DNA from: Octopus vulgaris
Taxonomy: Eukaryota
Length of the DNA stretch: 64,000 nucleotides
Reading direction: 5' to 3'
NCBI GenBank assembly: GCA_951406725.2
Contig: OX597819.1
Location: 67,518,001-67,582,000 of the forward strand
A program made the translations under genes and the position numbers. This document shows positions 29,541 through 43,347 of the stretch, piece by piece. The notes beneath the pieces are model-generated. The model saw nothing but the letters and a program-made list of their open reading frames with translations. It had not been told where the DNA came from and did not search any database. How positions within the stretch are numbered: position 1 is the first letter of the stretch; each line of letters opens with the position of its first letter.

Positions 29541-30464
29541 ATGTATATAAAAAGCGGCATATTTAACAATTGTACCCTGGGATCTAATATAACAAATGTT
29601 TCTGCTATTTATTTTGTACGATATGGATCAATAACATTATTAATTTTTGGAACTATCGGTAACTTGACCACCATGGTAATATTTTGCACCAAATCCATGA
29701 AGAAGTCTAAAATCAACTCATATCTTCTCTGCCTTCTTATTGTCGATTTATTCCTCATCTTTATGGCTTTAATAAGAAATATTTGGACATCGTATGATTT
29801 GGATACTTCGAGTACAAATACACCATTGTATCAAAATAACACTTTCAATACCATTGCTAGTATTTTATATACATATTCATCCTGGATAACTGTCAGTATT
29901 TCTGTTGAACGTTTGGTGGCGGTCTATTGCCCATTTTCGCGACGCTATTCTACGAAAACCTGTAATCCATATACTGTAATGTTCGTTCTTTTCATCATTG
30001 TTATTTTTGAAAACTTTATACTATTTTTCCTTCCACTAAATTCGGTCTACCCTTTTGCACTCACTATGGTCTTTTATAGCTTAATACCTGCAGTGTTTTT
30101 AGTTTTAAGCTCCATTACGTTAATTTATAAATTACTCCGTCAACCTAAACTCGGTCATAATTCTCATCGTAGCGGTGCTAATCGAAATACGAACTCAGTA
30201 TATATCGTACTTGCTATAAATGTTGTATTTCTGTTGACAACGTTTCCTGCTTCCTTGTATATCTTTGTTATTATATTTATGAATTGCATCATTGATTCCA
30301 CTTATTATGTACTGCAGATGCTAGCTCCGATGAATAACTGCGTTAATTTTATAATGTATTTCATCGTTAGTAAAGGTTTCCGTCAAAATGTGAAGCATAT
30401 ATGCTTCAAAAAACCCAACCCAACCAATAGACGCAATGTATATTACATTGAGACGAAATTATAA
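29541..30464 (+). CDS. Intronless class A GPCR (peptide-receptor-like, candidate chemoreceptor), 307 aa, paralog 4
   Basis: First ATG at 29541 aligns with paralogs. Seven hydrophobic segments: TM1 GN, TM2 LLIVD, TM3 SVERLVAVYCP, TM5 LIP, TM6 FLLTTFP, TM7 NNCVNFIMY, helix 8 SKGFR, C-terminus ETKL. Confidence 0.93.
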   Translation: MYIKSGIFNNCTLGSNITNVSAIYFVRYGSITLLIFGTIGNLTTMVIFCTKSMKKSKINSYLLCLLIVDLFLIFMALIRNIWTSYDLDTSSTNTPLYQNNTFNTIASILYTYSSWITVSISVERLVAVYCPFSRRYSTKTCNPYTVMFVLFIIVIFENFILFFLPLNSVYPFALTMVFYSLIPAVFLVLSSITLIYKLLRQPKLGHNSHRSGANRNTNSVYIVLAINVVFLLTTFPASLYIFVIIFMNCIIDSTYYVLQMLAPMNNCVNFIMYFIVSKGFRQNVKHICFKKPNPTNRRNVYYIETKL

Positions 30465-32617
30465 TAATTAAATACATTTTACTTATCGTTACTTCTTACA
30501 TCATCAATGTTTTTTTAATTACATCAAAATATTTCGTCATCATGCACGCAATCACACATATATATACATATATGTATATATATGCGTTACCTCTCTTGGT
30601 TTCATTTATTCATCTTCGCACGTATGCACAATCTACTTTTATAGTAAACTTTTCCTTAGCCTGAGCAGTATAATTTATCAATTATGATTTTTTTCTTTTG
30701 TATGTGTTGTCAAATCAAATCGGTGTCCTACATGTTATTAAACAATAGAAATTTTGTTCCATTTCCCCAGAAAATTACAATTATATGATCTTCAAGCGAC
30801 ACTCAATTTTGATAATCATATAGATGCGACAGTAATATGAAGGACATCGTCACCAGTAAACACCTTCAAGAGCCTACACTGAATTGTGATCATTGATAGC
30901 AATCGTGCCTACTTAACCAGGCATGACTAAAAAATTCCATTGTATATGTGGTGGTAATCACAGCAACGGTACATGGTGACCTAAATGAAATGTAATGTAG
31001 AATTACTTCTGGTTATTCAATGTTGACTTCAAATGATAATTTGCTCAGAGCAACGGACTGTTTGGTAACAAAAAGTGTGTTATTAAAAGAAGAACATGTT
31101 CCAAGTAAACACGTCCAATAGCCTACGCTCAATTGTAATCATCGAGACCGATCTTTCCTACTTAATCAGACATGACTGATAAACTCCATCGTATATCACA
31201 GAAACACTACATGATAACACAAATGAAAAGTATTATGATGCCATCATCAAATGGTGCAGTCCACAGAGAATCCGCTGGCTTGGTGACACAAGAACTTGGG
31301 TAGACTACATCTTCAGTGCATGAAACAATTATAAACTTGTAATTCTATAACTTGTAGGTTGTGTGGGTGTATAAATGCGCGCATGCGTTTTTGTGTGTAT
31401 GGGTTTACGTGTGCATGAGTACGTTTCTTTGTGTGTGCGGGTATTAAGCAAAAAACCATGTGCGTTTCCTTGTACACAAGCATATATGCAGGCACACACA
31501 TAGATACATATTCATACATATACATACATACACACACATATATAAATATACAAATACAAGCATATACATACCTACATATATATATATATATATATATATA
31601 TGCATAGTCATACAACACTTACATATATATGTATAGTCATACACACATATACTTACATATACACGCATGCCCATAAACATATCTCAAAACACACATACAT
31701 GCATACACACTTACGTTACTGTATTAACATAAGCATAAGTACATGAACGTGTATGTATACATACGCATACATATATACACAAACCCTCATACGCATACCC
31801 GCACACACGTCTAAGTATGTGTGTGGATGCGCATATGTATATGTATGTGTGTGTCCATGTCTATAAACAAATATATATATATGTATATATTTAGTGTATG
31901 AATAGATTTACATTTAATGCACATGTACAGCTATATGTGAATCGCTGGCGATTTTCTTCCTCCGTATTCCTTTCTATTGGACATTCCGAAGAAGAGCGTT
32001 GAAGAATGTTAAACAAACTGCCTCTCCTTCCCTGATCCTCTGTTAATATTTACAAGCACCACGGCGTTGCATTGTTGTGTTGTTTTTGCGTTTGTTCTCC
32101 TTCATTTTAAGACTTTCTTCATATATACATATATATATGTTTGTATGCATGTATGTGTGTATAAAGAAAACAGAAAATGGTGAAATATCGATGAACAACA
32201 ATTGACTTACATCAATTATTATTTAATTCAGAACAATTACACTGCATCCCATCTAACGTCTGTTTCTGCTTTTTGTGTTGTATTGTATTGCCATAGATAT
32301 GCTAAATATATTTATCATTTATGGTAATAAAACCGAGTCATGAATAAATAAAGGACTGGAGAAGAAAAAGGGAAAATTTGAATATCGTTTTAATCATACC
32401 ATTTTGCTTGCGCAAAACTTTGGGACGATATGTAAATGACTAAGCCTCAAATAGGAATTGGTGGATTAATCCTTTGTACGGCGGCTATAGGATGGATGGA
32501 CAATAAAAAAACAAAAAATAACAAAAAATGATAATTTATAATAATTGTTTGTAATATTAATTACCGTTTTTAATCCTAATAAAGTGCTAATCGGTTAATT
32601 GTTATTTTTATTTATTT

Positions 32618-32758
32618 TGTTGTGTGGACGCCCCAAGACGATGAGGTAGACTAGCCCAATACGTAGATAAAGGAGGGAGAAGCCTAGACGTCAGAGAACT
32701 GAGTTGAGTAGCAGTCGGAGAGCAGAGTAGTAGAGGCATCCGAATGTGCGACGTAGCA
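32618..32758 (+). repeat. 5' LTR (141 bp)
   Basis: TGTTGTGTGG...TAGCA; matches 38843-39011. Confidence 0.9.
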
Positions 32759-32759
32759 G

Positions 32760-32772
32760 TGGCGACGAGGAT
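32760..32772 (+). promoter_or_regulatory. Primer binding site, tRNA-Ser(GCU)-type
   Basis: TGGCGACGAGGAT one base after the LTR; complementary to the ..ATCCTCGTCGCCA 3' end of animal tRNA-Ser(GCU), from recall. Confidence 0.8.
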
Positions 32773-33491
32773 TTCGTAGCTCACACAGCCACTGTATAGC
32801 ATTGCGACATAATAGTGGCGACGAGGTTTCGAATAGTACCGAAATGAAAGAGTTACTGAAAGCAGTTGTAAAATAACAACAACAGCCGCAGCAACTACAG
32901 AAGTTAACAGAATTGTTACTGCAGTCGAGAAATACGACAGAATCATTTTCAGCAGATAGTGATGCAAATTCCGCCGAAGAATTTCACTACAATCCGGATG
33001 AAGGAACTACTTTTGCTGCATATTACAGACGATACGAAGACATATTGCGAGAGGAGTGCAAAGGATGGACCTAGTGAAAGAAAGGTAAGCTTTCCTTTTG
33101 CGAAAGCTTGCTACTCCGGAACACGAAAGATTTTGTAACTCTATTTTGCCTAGAAAGCCTGCGGAATTGTGTTTTGATGAAACGATAAATATTTTGAGTA
33201 ATATTTTTAGCGAGAAAAGTACGCAGTTTAACATTCGATGGGAATGTTTAAATTTAAAGAAAAACGAGTCCAATGATTTTGTAACATATGCCGGTATTGT
33301 TAATAAGGATTGCGAAAGGTTTAAACTTAAAGAATTAACGCCAGATACGTTCAAGTGCCTAATATTTGTTAAAGGACTAGTGGCAACGGAAGATGCGGAA
33401 ATTAGAAAAAGAATATTATCAAAGTTGAATCAAGATGTGAAACTCACTTTGCAGAATGTGGTTGAGGAATGCCAACAAATAATAAAAATAT

Positions 33492-35568
33492 AATGAAATT
33501 ATTGTATACAGTGCTCAGGTGCACCACAACTTGTCAAAAAGTGCATATAAAGTATATGCAGTGATGTACAAATGTCTGGAAAGCGAACCGTGTATGAGTC
33601 AGATACATGCTTGCGTGTGTATGGAGGGGAGAAAATCAGGTGTAGTGTTGGCGAATCTCAGGAAGCATGGAAGTTTTGAAGGATGCAGTGCTCCGACAAC
33701 TAACAAGTGATGCCGGCAGTCTGTTCCATGCTCCAGCAACTCTTAGCGTGAAACAATGTTTCCGAAAGTCATGGGAGCTGTGCTGTTTTCTGACTTTGTA
33801 ACCATGTCCACGGGTGTTAGACAGGTGGAGTTTGAAAAGGTGCTCAGAGTTATTGTTTGTAAGATGGTTAATAATTTTATGGGTGTCTGCCAAGTCAGCT
33901 GCCAGACGTCGGAGTTTCAATGTGTCCATGCCCAGGGAAGTAAGGCGTTCAGAATATGGCAAATGCCTGACGGAGGGTATTCTCTTGGTTGCACGTCACT
34001 GAACGGCTTCCAGACGATTAATATCCTGAGCAAGATAGGGGTTCCAGACTGGTGATGCAAATTCCAGGTGAGGTCGTACCATAGCTATATAAAGCCGCAT
34101 ATAGATAGCCGGAGAGCGGCTCACAAAGGACTTGGTGAGTGATGCCAAGACACCCCCAGCCTTCTTGGCAATTTTAGCGATGTGTTGTGTCCAACGCAAA
34201 TCACTGTCGACAATAACGCCCCGGTCACGTTCACACGAAGACTTTTTGAGATTAGTGTTGTGGAGAGAGTATGTAGACGCTGGCATTTTCCTCCCAAAAT
34301 GCATGGTGGTACATTTGTCCACGGCCATCTAGAGTTGCCAGTCCATGATCCACTGCTGCATTTTGTCTAGGTCTGATTGCAATAGATATCTATGGTGTAC
34401 AGTATCTGACCTCTTTATTTCGAGGTACAGCTTGATGTTATCTGCATATTTCAGCGCTATTGCATTCATTAAGTTGGCATCTATGTCATTAACATATGCA
34501 ACAAATAAAAGGAGCCAAGAACTGATCTCTTTGGTACACCAGATGTCATCTCATAGGGTGAAGAGTGCTGTCCTAGAACTGTGACAACCTTTTTTCGGCC
34601 AATAATAAAGGATTTCAACCAGTTATAGAGATCGTATCTTACACCACACGCAGAGAGTTTCACCATAAGTATTTTGTGTGGCACAGAGTTAAAAGCCTCA
34701 GCGAAGTCCAGGTAAACAACATCCACCTAGGATCCGCGATCAGGGATTTGAGTTGATTACAGCAGCTGGAGTTAGGAATAAATCCAAATTGTGACGGCTG
34801 GATGAGGCTGTGAGACTTCCAGAAGTTCCAGAAAGTTTCCCTGACACAGGATTCCATCAGTTTGGCGATGCAGCTAGTAAGACTAACGGGGCGATAGTTG
34901 ACAGGCAATGTGTGGTAACCTTTTTTGAACAGAGGGATAACACTGGCAGTTTTCCACTGCTCTGGAGTAACACCATTGTCAAGACAGAATTGGAAGAATA
35001 GGGAAAGTTGGTTTAGAAGAATGTATCCACCGCGTTTGAGAAGTAGGTATGTAACACCATCGAGACCAGGAGAGGCATAGTTGCATTTATTCTTAAGGTG
35101 GCGTTGTAGCATTGCTGGTGAAATTTCATAGTAGATATAGAGTCCGGTGTCAGAGGTGATGAAGATGGAACATTTTGATCTTTGACAGTAAAGATGCCTG
35201 CATAGCATCCGGCAATGATTTCTGCACAATCTTTGGGGTTGCCAGTAATCTGAGTGTGTGGGGATTGCGAAGGGGACCAAGTGGGGAGTGAGGTCTTTGC
35301 TTTGATTGCACATACTTCCAGAACACTTTACTGTCGAGGTTGGTTGCTATGCGTTGATCGAAATCAAGCACTGCCTTTTTTGTCACCTGCTTGGGGTGGT
35401 TGGCTGATCTATTGCTCTTTTTCCTGTTGATCTCTGATTTGTGCAATTTGTATTCCTGTTCAGCATTACGGTGTCCTTTCCTGGCAAGTCGGACTGCTGC
35501 AGTCTCCCAAATTGCACTATTGGGTGTGTTTTTGTACTTGCATGGTACTGATGCTGCACATGCCGCCC
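33492..35568 (-). mobile_element. CR1-clade LINE, 5'-truncated, nested antisense in gypsy gag
   Basis: SPGLDG, WKTASVIPLFKKG, NYRPVSLTS, YLDFAEAFNSVPH, SGVP, VRPHLEFASPVWNP, TRGH, RVAGAWNRLP; gag breaks at QQIIKI and resumes at DTRKIED. Confidence 0.92.
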
Positions 35569-38500
35569 GATGATACAAGAAAGATAGAAGACAAGAATAA
35601 TAATGTAGAAATGTGTAAAGAAAGTACAGAAAGAAGAAAAAGTTAAATTTAAAACGGTGCTATGGTTGCGGAGATCGACATTTGAGGAAAGATAAAACCT
35701 GTGTTAAGTGTGGTAAAATTGGAGATATACAGACGAAATGCCGGTCAAAGAAAATGATAAAACAGAAGAAAGTCTACTCAACAAAAGTAAATAATACCAG
35801 ACAAAACCGAAAATTTGTATTGGTAGAAATAAATGGGTTTCAGACCAAAATGCAATTAGATACCGGTTCAGACATATCGATAATAAATACGGCAACATAG
35901 AGTAAGATAGGCAGGCCGTTGAATAAAAAAAAAACTACTAGAATAGCCTACGGTGTGCCAGGGAGTTCAATTCTGGGGCGAAATTTCACCAGAAATAAAA
36001 CTTAATAACACGACGCGGAAATGTAAACTAATGGTATCTAAGAATACAATGAATCTGTTCGGGACATATTTAATGGAAGAATTCGACCTGTGGGATCTAT
36101 CACTGAATACATTAGGTAACAAAGTGAATGCGTCACATTCCATGTCAGAGAAAGCATCGGAGAAATGAAATTAAAATTGAAAAAGATGTACCTTCATATT
36201 TTTTCGAAAGAACTCGGTATGTTTAAAAGAATTAAAGTGCACTTTGAGTTGAAAGAAAATGCGGTGCCGGTGTTCAAACCAAAAAGGAATGTACCTTTTG
36301 CGGCGTTAAATCAAGTTGAGATGGAATTAAAACGATTGGAAAAAAATGGAAGTAATTGAAAAAATAAACTCCTTTTAGCGGCTCCTACGGTATATATAAA
36401 AAAGAACAACGAGATAAGAATATGTGCGCACTTCTCAATTCGTCTTAATGATTGTTTAAAACTTACAATTATCCTCTTCCAAACACAGAAGAAATATTTG
36501 CTAAGTGCAATGGTAGGAAATTTTTTTCCAAGCTGATTTGTCAGAGGCCTACCTCCAATTAATGGTAGATGAAGAATGTGCTAAAGTAATAACAATCAAT
36601 TCTCATAAAGGTCTGTAACGTTTCAAAAGACTGCCATTTGGGTTAAAGTTCACACCAGCAATATATCAGCAAGTGATGGATACTATGCTAGCAGATTGTG
36701 AGTTCGCGAGCCCATACTTGGATGACATACTGATCAAAAGTGAATCAAGAGACCAACATATTGAACTTATAGAAGAGGTTTTCAAACGAATATGTGATCA
36801 CGGGTTCAAACTAAGGGAAGAAAAATGTGAAATTTTCTTGACAAAATTATAGTGCTTAGGATTGGTGATCGATGAAAACGGACGAAAACCGGAGCCTTCT
36901 AGGATCGACGCGATAAAAACAATGCCTGCTCCCACTAACAAAACAACACTACAAGGATTTTTAGGCTTCGTAAGTTATTACCAGTTGTACATACCTAAAA
37001 TGTATGAGCTAAGAGCTCCGTTGAATAAGTTGCTAAAGAAGGACTCGAAATGGAGCTGGACAAACGAATGTCAGAAATCATTCGAGGAATTAAAAAAGCG
37101 GTTACATCTGAGTTAACCTTAACTCATTTCGACCCAATTCTGAAAATAATCGTGGCATTGGATGCCAGTGAATGTGGTATAGGAGCTGTGATATTGCATA
37201 AATATAATGATGGTAAAATCAAAGCTATTGCACATGCATCGAGAGTTCTATTACCAGCGGAAAGAAACTACAGCCAGATTGAAAAAGAGGCGTTATCATT
37301 AATCTTCGCAGTAAAAAAAATTCCATAAATACTTACATGGGAGGAAATTAACACTGCAAACGGATCACCGACCGTTATTGTCTATTTTCGGTTCGAAAAA
37401 GGGTATCCCATTGCACTCAGTAAACCGTTTACAGCGCTGGGGGACTACTCTGTTGAACTACGATTTCCAGATTGAGTTTTTGCCATCAATGAAAAAGGGA
37501 CACGCAGACGGTTGTCTAGGTTAATTCCAAAATATGAGGAACCTTTTGAAGACACGGTGATTGCATCGTTAAAACTAGAGATGGAACCAAAGAACATTTT
37601 GTGCAATGCAGTACGTGATTTGCCGGTAACGCTGGAAGAAATTAAATTGAAATCGGGAAATGATAGATTCATAAATAAGATTTTAAAATGTTGAGTAACA
37701 CGAAAAATATAAATGAGCGGACCGTAGGTGCAAAGCACTATTCAGTGCGTGATGAGGTATTATTATATGCACAAAGAGTGGTAATACCTGGATCACTGCA
37801 AAACAGAGTATTAGGACATCCGGGGATTGCCCGGTTGAAGAGCCTTATGAGAAGTTACATTTATTGGCCGAATATGGACAAGCAAATTGAGAGACTGGTA
37901 AAAAAAAGTGTAGGGGATGCGCTATGACAGCAAAGGCACCTCCAGTGCTGATTCAGCCGTGGCGAAATACGGATTCGGCATGGTCTAGACTACATTTCGC
38001 AGGGCCAATAAATGGCTCTCATTATATCATTGTGGTGGATAACTATTCCAAATGGCCTGAAGTGTGTAAATGTTCAAGCCCCATTACAAGTGTGAGCATT
38101 GACTTATGGAGTGCCAGATACGATCATGTCAGATAATGGACACAATTCACGGTGAAGGAGTTTGAAAGATTCTGTAAGTCGGTTCAGATGAAACATGTGT
38201 TAATTCTGCCATACCATCCAAGGTCAAATGTGTTAGCGGAAGGATTCGTTGACACATTCAAGGGAACCCTAAGGAAGACCAGACGGGAAAACTTTCAAGA
38301 TACAAATATGACAAAGTTTTTGCAGGTGTATAGAATAACACCAAATCTAAATGCAGAGTCGGGTAAGTCTATTTTTGATAAGTGGTTGCCGAGCAGGAAA
38401 CAGAAAATAGAAAATTTGGGAAGAAAAACTAATTTTTTTAACATAGGTGACAAAGTGTATTTTAAAATATATAGTAACAAAAAACAGGACTGGGAACAAG

Positions 38501-38842
38501 GAAGTATAACTGGACGCATGGGTAATGTGATGTACATGGTAAAAGGACCAAATATGAACACAAAAGGCACTTAAACCAATTCTTAAAAAAATATATACAA
38601 AAACACCAAGAGAGGCGAGAAAAAACAATGGATTTATGGTATGATTTGTTCCAGGTCCCAGAACCACAAGCAAAAGTGTTCGAGGTCCCAGAAACACAAG
38701 CAAAAGCAGAACAGACACGGAGGTCGAACACGAAGAGAAAACCTGCAGAAAGGATGGAAATTAAGACTAGGAGAAAAAGATATGCCAGTTTCTCACCGAG
38801 GAAATAAAATTTATAAATTCGGCTTTAAAAAACCGGAGGAGG

Positions 38843-39011
38843 TGTTGTGTGGACGCCCCCAGACGATGAAGTAGGCTAGCCCAATACGCCAATACGTAGA
38901 TATAGAGGGAGAAGCCTAGACATCAGGGAATAGAGTTGAGTAGCAGTAGAGAACAGTTGAGTAGCAGTCGGAGAGCAGAATAGTAGAGGCATCCGAACGT
39001 GCGACATAGCA
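38843..39011 (+). repeat. 3' LTR (169 bp), preceded by purine tract
   Basis: AAAAAACCGGAGGAGG then TGTTGTGTGG...TAGCA; two small internal duplications relative to the 5' LTR. Confidence 0.9.
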
Positions 39012-39253
39012 ATATACTTGTAGGTAGTTTATCCCTTCCATATTTTGTCGAAATAAGATAGGCCTAGATCCACCGTTCTATGTAATTGGTTAGTTGAAAT
39101 TGAAAAACAAAAGGCTAGCAATTGAAACTGTTTTGTGGGGTAAGATAAATAAATAAATGAAGGGGAAAAGGATGCTTGTTTTAAGGGGGCCTAAAACAGT
39201 AAACAAGAAAATATTTAACATACATATGCATGCGTATGCATACGCTTATCTAA

Positions 39254-39285
<32 letters not shown>

Positions 39286-40162
39286 AGAAATTAAATATAA
39301 AATATAAATTAGAAAGTGGGACAAGAACGCAAAAACACACAAAGAGACGACACAAAAAAAAACAGACGGGTCACTCGAAGCCTCTAATCTTCAGTCGGAA
39401 CCGGATCATCTTAGCAATTTCGGCTGTTTAATCTCGACATCACTCCGAACCTGCCAGCCCCAATGAAAAACTAAGCCACAGGCATTGGATTTCTTGGAAA
39501 GAGGATCGAATGTATACGAAACAAAGACAGGATGCCACACGAATATAAATACAAGAAACAAAAAATAGAAATAAAAAACAAGAATGGTAAGCAGGACAAT
39601 AACAGCGGGCGTCTTACGACTTAAGACAATTTTTAACTCATCTTGGCTGGCGTATTTGAAAAATGCCTTTGCGGCAAAACGAAAACAAATGTTAACATGG
39701 CAGCGGTCAAGCCGAAAAGACCGGTTTGAATGCGGTCACGTGAGAGCACGGAAGAAAGAGAAAGAAAAAGAAAAGCAGGGAGAAAGGAATCAAAGAGAGA
39801 GAGAAAGAAAGGGACGAAGGCACCAGGGGATGTATGTATGTCTATACATATACACGTATGTACACTCACATATACGTATGAGCTCTCGCACGCATCCTCC
39901 AACCACTTAAGTATACACCTCCATGTACTCAAACTATTATAATATATAATATATTCTAATGATAACCAATTGATGGGTACATATATTCGCAAGTCTGAAC
40001 AGTTGATCCCGCATGTAAGTACCAATACACATAACAAGAATATTAATAGCACGTAGAAATGTGCGAACGGCAAAACAAGGAGCAAAGAAATACGTAAATA
40101 AAAGGTGTTTGTTGTGAAGTAATGATGTGTAAAGAGATAAGAGAATTAGAATTAAATGTTTA

Positions 40163-40249
40163 CTAGCATCATGACCCCTCGTTGCCGGGTCATAGTGCTA
40201 GTGCATGTGTATTTGTGTATATATATGTGTACATATTACATGTACATCT

Positions 40250-40320
<71 letters not shown>

Positions 40321-41369
40321 TAACCCAAACAAGAAAGCACAAAAGGAAACACAACAACGCGAAGACGTGGAACAAATATAGTATTATTGGACGCTCAGGA
40401 AAGAAGGAAAGAAGGAGGGTTTAACGCTTCGAGCGGAGGTCTTCGTCGGAAACATAGGAGAAGGAAAGATCAAGAGAAGGGAAGACAGAGGGAAAAAAAT
40501 TGCCAACGGTTTTGAAAGGATGTATATATGTAGATGTATGGATGTATAGATGTAGATGTATATATATATATACATCTACACATAAAATACAAAATACAAA
40601 GTTATATCTTGATATCGCTAGTGATAACAATACTCAAAATATATAACAGACTGTAATTGTAAGCCCGTCTCCTGCAATTTCGATCAATTGTATCTTGTCC
40701 TTCCTCTTGTTTAGAAGTGTGGCTACAATCCAGCCTACCTCAACTGCTGGAAACCACTTATTCAAGTTCAAATCATTGATGCAATTTTATACCAATTGCT
40801 ATTTTTACTTTTGTTATGTTACGATTATATTATACTTTAGTTTCATTTTAATTATTACTTACTACATATAATTCAATTGTTATTATTATTTTTATTGTTA
40901 AAGTGAAAGCATCTGACATAAAATAGAGAAATGTTTTGATTCACTTTTAATATGTAATACTGAAATAGTGGAGAAGATATGATATTGCTATGGGCTCGCT
41001 CTGGGCAAGAAGTTGAACATTTTATTTTTGCCCATGAAACTACATGGACCCTAAGTAAGGCATGTGTAAACTTTGAATGAAATTGGTTGTATGGTTCTCA
41101 AGTTTTGGGGAATCGTAGTGGAGAAGATATGATATTGCTGTGGGCTCGCCCTAGGCAAAACGTTTAAAATGTTTTTTGCCGATGACACTCCTCAGACCCT
41201 AAGTAAGGCATGCGTAAAATTTGAATGAAATTGGTTGTGCAGTTCTCAAGTTTTAGAGAAACACACAGACAGACAGACAGACACAAACACACACACTCTC
41301 ATACACACACACACACACACACGCAAACACACGCACACACACACATTCTCAGTTTTATATATACATAGA
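40163..41369 (-). mobile_element. Non-autonomous Helitron, second copy
   Basis: Reverse complement of 8242-8951 with the same TC...hairpin-CTAG termini; extra insert near 40315-40520 and an internal tandem duplication near 40965-41250. Confidence 0.85.
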
Positions 41370-41430
41370 TAAAAGGTTGTAAAGATTATATTGAGGAGTA
41401 AAAAAATGATGCAGTATATTTTAATACAAT

Positions 41431-41501
<71 letters not shown>

Positions 41502-41629
41502 CATACATACATACGTACATACACATGATGTATATTGATATATATATATATGTGTGTGTGTTGGGAGTTGGGTGTCTGCGTGCGAGCTTATGTGCGTATA
41601 CGTGTCGTCTTAACGTTTGTGTGTGTGGG

Positions 41630-42035
41630 TCTGCTTCTACATTGTTAAAACACAATTATATAGATTATATGGACAGAGCCGGCTTCATTTAAGGAAAGAT
41701 AATTCAGTCTATTGAAAACCACGTCTTTGATTTATATGTCGATATATTATATAAATAAACGTGCAGTTATAATGTCATCACTTTTCTAATGCTAACTATA
41801 AAATTCAACATTGACTTCTGGATCGCCATTTAAATCTCTGCCATCAACGTGTATATATTTTATCAGTAAAAATACAATGGTTTCAATGTTATAGTCATTT
41901 TATATTCTATTCTGCACATTGAATTTTGCTGAACTTATCCAATATCTTCCAGATATCTCAATGAATCTGAACGGATTTAAGTAAAGACGATGATACCTAC
42001 TGTCTTACACATATAATATACAATATAATATTATA

Positions 42036-42098
<63 letters not shown>

Positions 42099-42860
42099 TT
42101 CGGTTAGTGATTTTATTTCTCCCGGAATTATTATTTCACATGAATTTGGAATATTTATTCGTGACTAATTTTGCTAAAGTAGTTTTGCTTTCAAATAAGG
42201 CTGTAATGCTGACTGAGCGTTCCTGCCAACATTTCCTAACCCGTCTCAGATTTACATATTTACAGCGGATTGAAATGAAGAACCGTGAAACGAAATGCTT
42301 TCCTTCAGAACAGCGCACACTGTACTTTTGGGAAATCAAGCCATTCATTTTGTGATCCTTAGTGTAACATGCTATGCCCCAACACCAGGCATTTAGGACA
42401 GCAAACACTTGATAAAACAATCTAAAGTATTCGTCCTTGTGTTTTTTCAACAAATAGCATAATTATATATATATATATATATACACACGCACATCCACCA
42501 TGTAACAATATGTGCAGACATACACATGCCTGCAGAGAAAAAAAAGTACACACAGATTTATATAATTATTATTATGCTATTAATGTTATTATTGTTTTTG
42601 CTGTTGTTGGTTTAGTTGCTGTGTGCACACATCATCCGTTCCTGGTGGTGTAATACCTCTATTAGATGTACAAACAGAAAATGGCTTGGGAAGCACTCTC
42701 AATTTTCAAGAATTTTACTAAGTTTTCCCGGAGTTCCAAGGACTATTCTGCTCTCTCTTTGCAAGGCAATGATCTTGTTTTAAATTTTATTGAGAATGTT
42801 AGGTACTGCTACCGCAAAATCAAACGCCAGATGTACAAGTAAAGCCACCCCAAACTTTAT
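41630..42860 (+). repeat. Conserved upstream block of the GPCR unit (copy 5)
   Basis: Colinear with 58200-59340 and 27610-29100. Confidence 0.85.
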
Positions 42861-42919
42861 CTGTGTTTTTATTATATAATAAGAAATATTATAATTATTA
42901 TTATTATTATTATTATTAT

Positions 42920-43270
42920 ATGTTTGACTCTTGCTTTATATTTGTACAAGTTGGCTCCAAGTCTCACCCAGAGACCTCAAGAGACAACAGGTTGGAAGTT
43001 CACGTTGTTGTTATACCTAGTATGCCATATATTTGGTTGTTTTTTGTGTTGTACTAGTGGATGTCTAAAAAAAATGTTTGTTTTAAACCTTGAGATTACA
43101 TAGAAAGTATTTTGCGGAGGATATGAGCAGTTCCCATGAGCACTATCTTTTGAATTCCTGCCATTTTTGGATTTCCTGGTATCTGAGTTAAGTAGGGCAC
43201 CTATGACAACAGGTATTGTTTTAGTCTTCAGGTTCCACATTTTGCTGATTTCCCTTTCAATATTTCTATT
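42920..43270 (-). mobile_element. R4/Dong-like LINE 3' end in (TTA)n
   Basis: ORF 42977-43240 MWNLKTKTIPVVIGAL; (TTA)n on both sides. Confidence 0.85.

Positions 43271-43347
<77 letters not shown>

Larger units (their letters stand above)
32618..39011 (+). mobile_element. Ty3/gypsy (Mag-like) LTR retrotransposon, full structure but decayed
   Basis: Paired LTRs, PBS, PPT, gag fragments, protease LDTGSDISII, RT YLDD (about 36715), RNase H DAS..GIGAV/YSQIEKEAL, integrase GHPGI..YWP and YHPRSN; many frameshifts. Confidence 0.95.
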
